A stretch of 64,000 nt of DNA, from positions 128,001 through 192,000 of the forward strand of contig CAWGMQ010000004.1 in assembly GCA_963823665.1 (NCBI GenBank), in the 5' to 3' direction. The DNA is from an uncultured Planctomycetota bacterium. GTDB lineage: Bacteria; Planctomycetota; Planctomycetia; Isosphaerales; Isosphaeraceae. The notes under the pieces are model-generated. The model made no database searches. It saw only the letters and a program-made list of their open reading frames with translations, and was not told the DNA's origin. Positions 23,963 through 30,677 of the stretch are shown here, in pieces. Within the stretch, counting starts at the first letter, position 1. Each line of letters begins with the position of its first letter. Position numbers and translations under genes: made by a program.

Positions 23963-24748
23963 ATGTCAGGTACGCGATCTCATTCCCTCGAATCGATTGC
24001 TCTTCGCGTGGCGCGGCCGCTGGCGATCATCGTGGCATGGTGCTCGGTGCTGGCGCTGGGAATGCGTTACTTCTTTTCGCCGTTCGGCGCGGTGGAGGAA
24101 CCCACATTTAGCGACCTCGTCGGCTTCGGATTTGGATTTACGATTACTGGCGTTGTGGCGGCTTCAGTCGCGCTACTGGTGGCCGGGAGGAGGAGATGGG
24201 CTGCGGAAATCGCGCTGGCCGCAGGGGCGACGATGGCCATTGTGGCGGTTCTCGTCTATCTCGCATTGTGGGGGGCGCCCTGGACCCTCCGCAGCCGGAT
24301 GGACACGTGGTCGTTTCTGCGCCTTCAACAAGAGGTGCCCATGTCCGGCGAGGCGATCGAGAAATTCTACGCGCCGGTGGGAGTGGGAGTGGGCGCCATG
24401 GTTGGGGCGATCGCGGGAGGGCTGATCGTGGTCGCACGCCGGCGTCCGCGACTGGCGAGATGGACCGCCCTGGGCTTGCTCGTGATCTGCGCGACGGGGG
24501 CCGTGCGGCCGATCCTTTTCGACGCGGTGATCATTTGGGGAATGGTTATCAACTGGGTGTTCTGGACCGGCCCCATGACCCTGGAACACGTGTGGGCGAC
24601 GGCCACGATCTTCGGCGCAATCACCGGGGCATTCGGCGCGTGGCTGGCGATCCGGGTAGCTGGACGGTCGCGAGCAAGCGGCGTTTCGCGCGCGGCGGGC
24701 GCGGGGATTCCCGTCGTTTCCGCCGGCCCACAAAGCGGGGCAGAGTAG
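23963..24748 (+). CDS. Hypothetical membrane protein
   Basis: About 6 hydrophobic segments; GGAG RBS before ATG 23963. Confidence 0.65.
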   Translation: MSGTRSHSLESIALRVARPLAIIVAWCSVLALGMRYFFSPFGAVEEPTFSDLVGFGFGFTITGVVAASVALLVAGRRRWAAEIALAAGATMAIVAVLVYLALWGAPWTLRSRMDTWSFLRLQQEVPMSGEAIEKFYAPVGVGVGAMVGAIAGGLIVVARRRPRLARWTALGLLVICATGAVRPILFDAVIIWGMVINWVFWTGPMTLEHVWATATIFGAITGAFGAWLAIRVAGRSRASGVSRAAGAGIPVVSAGPQSGAE

Positions 24749-24778
24749 AAGCATGCGCCGTGACCTGATCGGAGTGCC

Positions 24779-24892
24779 ATGATGAGTATCCAGATCACGC
24801 TTACGCCGGAGGAGGAGCGAAAGCTTGCTCAGCTCGCCCGCGCGCGGGGGAAAGATCCGGCCACCCACGCGCATGGCGTGGTCGCCGCCTAA
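24779..24892 (+). pseudogene. Truncated ribbon-helix-helix/antitoxin-like small gene
   Basis: GGAG RBS; MMSIQITLTPEEERKLAQLARARGKDPATHAHGVVAA* has the beta-alpha-alpha pattern; too short for the ORF track. Confidence 0.45.
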
Positions 24893-25019
24893 TTGAATTG
24901 TGCGTTCGATTCGTTCGTCGAATAACGGGACTAGGGACCCGCCGGGGTAGTGGTGAAGCGAAAGCAGAACGGAATCAGTAATCGACGCTAGATGTTCTCA
25001 TCCTGGTTCGCCGGCTTCC

Positions 25020-25631
25020 TCATTCTTGGACCCTTGAGCCAATCCGCGGGAAGAATTTTCCGGTTCGCCTGGCGTAGGCCCGGTATTCGTCGCCGAACCT
25101 CTCGATGAGCTTGGCCTCCTCGACGCGCGAGCGGATGGCAAGCATCGTCATGACGCCGGCGCCCAACAGGGCGAGAAGCCAGTTCGCAGTCAGCAGGCTC
25201 AGCGAGGTCAACCACAGGAAACCGACGTCATAGAACGGGTGACGCACCCAGCGGTAGGGGCCGTGCGTGACCAATGTGTGCTCGCGCCGGGTGACAACGG
25301 TGTCGGTGAGGTTCTTTCCCAGGCTGTGAAAGGTCCAGAATAAGAGAGGTGGCACGATAAACAGGCCGAGCGTCGCACCCGCCCAGCGGAGCCAGGCCGG
25401 CAGTGTGAGCGAACACGAAGACACCCAGGCGGGATTGATCAGGTAGGCGGCGAACAAGAGCCAGACCAGGACGCCGCACAGCCGAAGGGCCACCATGATC
25501 GGGATGCCTTCTTGGGTGCGATCGAGCCGTTCCCTGGTCGCCTGGGACTTGATTCGGAAGTTAAGGCCGATGGGCAGACAGAGAGCAATACTCGCAACGG
25601 CGACGGCCCGGAAGGTTGATTCGGTGGTCAT
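25020..25631 (-). CDS. Isoprenylcysteine carboxyl methyltransferase (ICMT/PEMT) family protein
   Basis: LGKN...HTLVTHGPYRWVRHPFY...EEAKLIERFGDEYRAY. Confidence 0.9.
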   Translation of the reverse strand: MTTESTFRAVAVASIALCLPIGLNFRIKSQATRERLDRTQEGIPIMVALRLCGVLVWLLFAAYLINPAWVSSCSLTLPAWLRWAGATLGLFIVPPLLFWTFHSLGKNLTDTVVTRREHTLVTHGPYRWVRHPFYDVGFLWLTSLSLLTANWLLALLGAGVMTMLAIRSRVEEAKLIERFGDEYRAYARRTGKFFPRIGSRVQE

Positions 25632-25652
25632 TGCTGCCCGATCCTCGTCCAA

Positions 25653-26045
25653 TCAGTGCCCAGCGCCGGTGAACAACGTTTTGTCATCGACGAAGCTGAT
25701 TGGATTGCCGAACGGGTCTTTCGCCCAGAACATGCGTTCTCCCCACGGCATTCGCTGGATGCCCCCTTCCACGATTGAACCGCCGGCATCAATTGCCCGC
25801 TGGTAGGTTGCATCGAGATCGGACACGGCGAAATAGAGATACTGCCGCGGATGGTGCTTCCAACCCTCTTCCAGGCCGTCGCCATCGGCCACTGGATCGT
25901 AGCAGGCGAGTACCGTGCCACCGCACTCGAAGTAGTGCCGGCCCGGTGAAACTCGCTCGCCGGGAATCCCCAGTACCAGGCCGTAGAAGGTCTTCGCCTT
26001 TTCGATTTCGGTGACCGGAAGGATGACGCGGAATAGCCTCGGCAT
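25653..26045 (-). CDS. VOC/glyoxalase family protein
   Basis: LPVTEIEKAKTFY...LYFAVSDLDATY...MPWGERMFWAKDPFGNPI. Confidence 0.9.
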   Translation of the reverse strand: MPRLFRVILPVTEIEKAKTFYGLVLGIPGERVSPGRHYFECGGTVLACYDPVADGDGLEEGWKHHPRQYLYFAVSDLDATYQRAIDAGGSIVEGGIQRMPWGERMFWAKDPFGNPISFVDDKTLFTGAGH

Positions 26046-26142
26046 GTGGTTCTCCCCGGGAGTGCATGTTGACCAGAGAAGTCTCCCGCTTAGAATGCAA
26101 ACATGACGTGAACCAGTCGTGGGCGCTGATTCACAAGCGCAG

Positions 26143-26730
26143 TTAAGCCTTCGCGAGCTCCGGCGCAATCTCGATTGGTTTGAGCGTGGCGAAGTCGAAG
26201 TCTTCGAACCTCAATCGGAGCTCGAGACCGTTCGTGAACAGGATCGAGTGACGGAACTCGTACCCATCGCCCATGGGGATTAAATCGACTTCATCGTATA
26301 ACCACTCAAGATTGGGAGATTGATCGTCTCCAGCATATTGGTGGAGGTGGGCTTCCTCGATCAATGCACATCGGTATTGAAGGACAAGAATCTCCCTCGG
26401 CGGTGTGTCCAACTGAAGATGGATCCAGAACGACGGCAATCGGCCATCGTGCGGGGTTTGCTGCGCTCCGAGAGTCAGGTCCGCGAGGTTGCCATTTCCC
26501 AGCTCGCCAGGCGCGCAGATACCGAAGGGCGAATGGGAGATTACCCGCGCATCGTGAAGGTAGTGCTGTTCGATTAGCGCCCGCAAGCGTTGTGGCAGTT
26601 TCTCAGCGATTTCGTTTAACTGTCGCAGATACTCTCGCGATCGTAATTCGAACTCCTGGTGAGCTTCGAATGCGACGTTGTCATCTTCGGAGCCGAATCG
26701 CTCGAGCAGGTCGGGTGTGAAGAATCTCAT
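26143..26730 (-). CDS. Hypothetical acidic protein (tentatively DUF4085-like; possible immunity protein)
   Basis: MRFFT...LHDARVI...WLYDEV...HSILF motifs; ATGA overlap with the upstream ORF. Confidence 0.6.
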   Translation of the reverse strand: MRFFTPDLLERFGSEDDNVAFEAHQEFELRSREYLRQLNEIAEKLPQRLRALIEQHYLHDARVISHSPFGICAPGELGNGNLADLTLGAQQTPHDGRLPSFWIHLQLDTPPREILVLQYRCALIEEAHLHQYAGDDQSPNLEWLYDEVDLIPMGDGYEFRHSILFTNGLELRLRFEDFDFATLKPIEIAPELAKA

Positions 26731-27116
26731 GGCTTCTTCCTTGCCTTGCGGCGATCGGTTTCGTAGAAGGCGTGTCCGTGTGGTGAGCGTGACTTTTGGT
26801 GAAAGTGCGGCAGGGCCATCAGTCCTGCGGTGCTGGTGTGCGGGAACTGGGGCTTGCTGGGTACTCCCACCTGGACCTCGATTCCGTAGGCTCGGGCGCG
26901 ATTCGCCGTCGTTTGGATACCGCGAACCACGATGTCCTGCCCGTTCCGCCTCCGCGTTATCGCTGTGGCTTCGTCGATTTCTTGCCCGTATTCTACGGCA
27001 CCGGAGGGGCCTGAAGCCAGTTCAGCCTCGTGGATGGTCGTTGCAGGTGAGGCCGCGGAGTGCTCAGTTGGTTGAATGGCTTCGTCATCGACGCTTTCGT
27101 TTTTATCGTCGGTCAC
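26727..27116 (-). CDS. Hypothetical protein with His-rich C-terminus (possible nuclease toxin)
   Basis: GTG start with GGGAG RBS; PH...LPHFHQ...GHAFY. Confidence 0.55.
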   Translation of the reverse strand: MTDDKNESVDDEAIQPTEHSAASPATTIHEAELASGPSGAVEYGQEIDEATAITRRRNGQDIVVRGIQTTANRARAYGIEVQVGVPSKPQFPHTSTAGLMALPHFHQKSRSPHGHAFYETDRRKARKKP

Positions 27117-27159
27117 GTTAACTCCCGAAACGATTCCAGAACGGCCTCATGGGCGCGCA

Positions 27160-28068
27160 TCAACGAAGGATACTTACACGCGGCAGAGCCCGTTGCAACT
27201 CCGCCGCTCCGGCGTTGGTGACATCAGTGAATCGTAGATCAAGGGACGACAGCTTGCTCAGTCGCTTGAGCTGCGAGAGGGCCGCGTCCGTGATCTCCGT
27301 GCGCGAGAAATCAAGCTTCGTGAGATTTGTCAGACCCCGCAGATGGGCGGCCCCGGCGTCGGTGATCTTCAAACGCCCAAGCTCGAGCTCCGCGAGGTTT
27401 GTCAGCCCCGTCAGGTGGGCAAGCCCGGCGTCGGTGATCCGTACATTGTTGGCACCGATGCGGGAAAGGTTGGTCGATCCGATCGCGGCGGGCTCTCCGA
27501 GGCGAAGACAGGAGAGGTTGGTCAATCCTTTCAGGTGGGCAAGCCCGGTGTCGGTGACCCGAGTTTGCGAGAGGTCGAGTTCCGAGAGGCGCGTGAGCCC
27601 TTTCAGGTGCGCAAGCCCGTCGTTGGTGACGTCGGTGGAGCTGAGGTCAAGGCATGAAAGTTGGGATAGAACCTTGAGATCCGCCGTGAATGCAGTGCCG
27701 TTTCTGATGGTCGACTTAAGAACTTTTCGTCGCCGCCACTGCTCGAATTGTCCAAGCACAAGATCCATTCCCCTTTGCCAATACGAGACTCGAGTGACGT
27801 GACCGAAGTAATCCAATCCGACGAGGTCCACCAACCGCTTGGGCGCCCAAGGCTTTCCTCCCGATATCGGCGTTCCGTTGCTCCATTCCCAGTTGTAATT
27901 GACTTCGCCGCCAGCTTTGGTGATTGCCGCCACGGCCTCACGCTGGATACGTGCGCTCCGGACGAGCCATCCCAGCGCGGCCCCGATCGCAAGCACAAGT
28001 AAGATCAGACCCCGCACGCTGAAGCGGAGGAGTTTTCGCGGAGTACGAGCGACGGGGCTGGCCTGCAT
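27160..28068 (-). CDS. Membrane-anchored LRR protein, paralog 8 (about 7 repeats, loop insertion)
   Basis: LLRFSVRGL anchor, GLDYFGHVT cap, LRRs, ELQRALPRVSILR C-cap. Confidence 0.9.
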   Translation of the reverse strand: MQASPVARTPRKLLRFSVRGLILLVLAIGAALGWLVRSARIQREAVAAITKAGGEVNYNWEWSNGTPISGGKPWAPKRLVDLVGLDYFGHVTRVSYWQRGMDLVLGQFEQWRRRKVLKSTIRNGTAFTADLKVLSQLSCLDLSSTDVTNDGLAHLKGLTRLSELDLSQTRVTDTGLAHLKGLTNLSCLRLGEPAAIGSTNLSRIGANNVRITDAGLAHLTGLTNLAELELGRLKITDAGAAHLRGLTNLTKLDFSRTEITDAALSQLKRLSKLSSLDLRFTDVTNAGAAELQRALPRVSILR

Positions 28069-28080
28069 TGTGACCGCCCT

Positions 28081-28428
28081 TCATGAATAAACTTCGGTGT
28101 TCGATCCGGGACGGCACACATGAGGGGGAGGCGACCGCTCTTGCAACTCAGAAGCATTCTGTAGTTCGTTCACTCCAGCGTCGGTGACCTTGGTCCCTCG
28201 AAGGTCGAGCACCGAGAGTCGCGTGAGATTTTTCAGATTCAACAGGCCGACGTCGGTGATCTGTGTGTGCGAGAGACTGAGTTTCGAAAGGCTGGTCAGC
28301 CGATTCAGATGTGCGAGGCCGGCGTCGGTGATCTGAGTGCTGACGAGCACGAGAACGATCAGGCCGCGCAGGCTGAATCGCAAGTGTTTTCGCCAGGATC
28401 GCGACGCCGTGCGGGATTGATCGGACAT
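28081..28428 (-). pseudogene. LRR paralog 9, in-frame deletion of most of the TM and N-cap, degenerate C-cap
   Basis: RFSLRGLIVLVLV fused directly to STQITDAGLAHL; 2 repeats. Confidence 0.75.
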
Positions 28429-28533
28429 GGCGGGATCCTGCGATCTGAGGGTCGATGTCGGATGGCGCCACTCATTATCCGGCGTGCGCGAGGCGATTTG
28501 GAAGAACGTGCTCGATCTGATGGCCGTGCCAGA

Positions 28534-29265
28534 TCAACGTGAGATCTGCAGGCTGGGCAACGCTCGCTGTAGTTCTTTGACCCCGGCGTCGGTGACCCTG
28601 GTGCCGGTGAGGCTCAATTGCGAGAGATTGTCCAGCCGCTTGAGGTGCACAAGGCCGGCGTCGGTGACACGGGTGCCATCGAGGCGCAGTGTCGAGAGAT
28701 TGGTCAGCCCCTCCAGATGCACCAGCCCGGCGTCGGTGACACGGGTGCCGTCGATGTCGAGAGTCGTGAGCTTGGTCAGCCCCTTCAGATGCGCCAAGCC
28801 GGCGTCGGAGATTCGCGTGCCCTCAAGGTTGAGCCGCGACAGGTTGCCGAGCGCTGACAGATGCGCGAGACCTGCGTCGCTGACGGATGACTGGTCGAGC
28901 CGCAGTTGTTGCAGGCCGAAGAGACGCCCGACATGCTCGAGGGCCAAATCGGTTCCCGCCCAGGATCCGTTGAGCCAGACAACGGTGACATGACTGAGAT
29001 AGTCGACGCCAATCCGATTCACGAGCCATCCTGGCTTCGGGACCCTCGCGGAATGGACCAAGTTGGTTTTCGTCCATCCCTGGTCGTACTTGACCAGACC
29101 GCCGGCGCGCATGATCGCCGCCACCGCGTCGCGCTGAATTCGCGCGCTCCGCACGATCCAACCCATCGAGCCGCCGAGCAAGAGCACCAGGACGATCAGG
29201 CCGCGGACGCTGAAGCGCAGCAAACTTCGACCGGAACGCGAGGCGGGCTTGGGCTGATCAGGCAT
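28534..29265 (-). CDS. Membrane-anchored LRR protein, paralog 10 (5 repeats)
   Basis: LLRFSVRGL anchor, GVDYLSHVT cap, LRRs, ELQRALPSLQISR C-cap. Confidence 0.9.
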   Translation of the reverse strand: MPDQPKPASRSGRSLLRFSVRGLIVLVLLLGGSMGWIVRSARIQRDAVAAIMRAGGLVKYDQGWTKTNLVHSARVPKPGWLVNRIGVDYLSHVTVVWLNGSWAGTDLALEHVGRLFGLQQLRLDQSSVSDAGLAHLSALGNLSRLNLEGTRISDAGLAHLKGLTKLTTLDIDGTRVTDAGLVHLEGLTNLSTLRLDGTRVTDAGLVHLKRLDNLSQLSLTGTRVTDAGVKELQRALPSLQISR

Positions 29266-29379
29266 GTGGCAACCATCAGGGTCGGTCGCAAGTTTGCTTT
29301 GACGAAGTCAGTCTATTCAACCGATGGAGAAGAACGGAATAAGGAAGCCAGGAACGGATGGAAGTGGATCCGCACGTAT

Positions 29380-30399
29380 TCAGCGGCTTATCCTCAATTC
29401 CGGTAATGCTCGATAGAGCTCTTCCACTCCGGCGTCGGTGACTTGAGTGTCGCTCAAGCCGAGCGACTCGAGGCTGGTCATCCCCTTGAGATTGGCTAAC
29501 CCAGCATCGGTGACCTCCGTTTCGTCAAGGACGAGCTCGGAGAGGTTTTTCAGGGTTTTCAGTTGCGAGAGCCCGGCGTCAGTGACTTGCGTGCCGGTCA
29601 GGATGAGGCCGGATAGGCTGGAGATTCCTTTCAGGTGCGCCAGCCCGGCATCGGTGATCTGAGTTCCGCTGAGGTCGAGGAAGGAGAGTTTGGCGATGCC
29701 TTTCAAATGCGCCAGCCCGGCGTCTGTGATCCGAGTACCGATCAGATCGAGCGACGAGAGCTTGTTGAGCGATTCTAGATGTGGGAGCCCGGCATCGGTC
29801 ACTTGAGTGCCGCTCAAGCCGAGCGCCTGGAGGTTGGTCAGTCCCTTGAGGTCGGCCAGCCCGGCATCGGTGACCTTGGTATCGTCAAGGAAGAGCTCGG
29901 AGAGGTTTTTGAGGGCTTTCAGATGCACGAGCCCCGCATCGGACACCTGAGTTTCGTTGAGGTGGAGGATCGAGAGGTTGTTCAGGGTGCGCAGATGCTC
30001 CATTCCGGCGTCGCTCAGAGACGAGCCTTCGAAATTCAGATAGGTCAGTCGAGCGAGGCGCCGTACGTGTAATGCCGCGGCATCTGGCGCCCGCGACCGC
30101 CAGGTGAGCCAGACGCAGGTGACGTGACCGAAATAATCGACTCCGAGATGATCCACGAGCCACTTCGGCGCCCGCGGCTTTCCTGCGGGAAGGGGATTCG
30201 CGTCGCTCCACTGCCACTCATACTGGACGGAGCCGCCGGATTGCGTGATCGCGGCGACGGCATCGCGCTGGATGCGCTCGGCGCGCACGATCCAACCCAG
30301 GCAGCCGCCCAACAAGAGCACGACAACGATCAGGCCGCGCATGCTGAAACGCAGATAGCGACGCCACTGAGCGCGTATGGGCTGGGGTTGCTCGGCGAT
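29380..30399 (-). CDS. Membrane-anchored LRR protein, paralog 11 (9 repeats); start codon unclear
   Basis: Frame stays open upstream of ATG 30342 (IAEQPQPIRAQWRRYLRFS), but the expected start position is ATC (30397-30399). Confidence 0.85.
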   Translation of the reverse strand: MAEQPQPIRAQWRRYLRFSMRGLIVVVLLLGGCLGWIVRAERIQRDAVAAITQSGGSVQYEWQWSDANPLPAGKPRAPKWLVDHLGVDYFGHVTCVWLTWRSRAPDAAALHVRRLARLTYLNFEGSSLSDAGMEHLRTLNNLSILHLNETQVSDAGLVHLKALKNLSELFLDDTKVTDAGLADLKGLTNLQALGLSGTQVTDAGLPHLESLNKLSSLDLIGTRITDAGLAHLKGIAKLSFLDLSGTQITDAGLAHLKGISSLSGLILTGTQVTDAGLSQLKTLKNLSELVLDETEVTDAGLANLKGMTSLESLGLSDTQVTDAGVEELYRALPELRISR

Positions 30400-30677
30400 G
30401 GCGGCCTCGTGAACGATGGCAGTTGATATTGTTTCGCTGGGATCAGTCTATCGGACGGCTTGGTTGTTGGCGAGTTGGTCTCTTCGGGCCTGGTGGGACG
30501 CCTTTTGGTTTTTTCGGGGGTGTCGATCGCTCGCAACGACCCCCCACCGCCGCCTGCGGCGGCACCTCCAGGGGGAAGTCGCTGTTGCCGTATCGAATCG
30601 AAATTGATACAAACGTTCGAGACGGTCGAGCTGGAATGCCGTCGCATGGGCTCATCAACACGGAAGTGCAACTGGCT

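Noticed and set aside
479..30342. CRISPR-like periodic GCCGGCGTCGGTGA repeats
   Set aside because: The 72-nt period is in frame and encodes the LRR TDAG motif; repeats are degenerate at codon third positions; no cas genes
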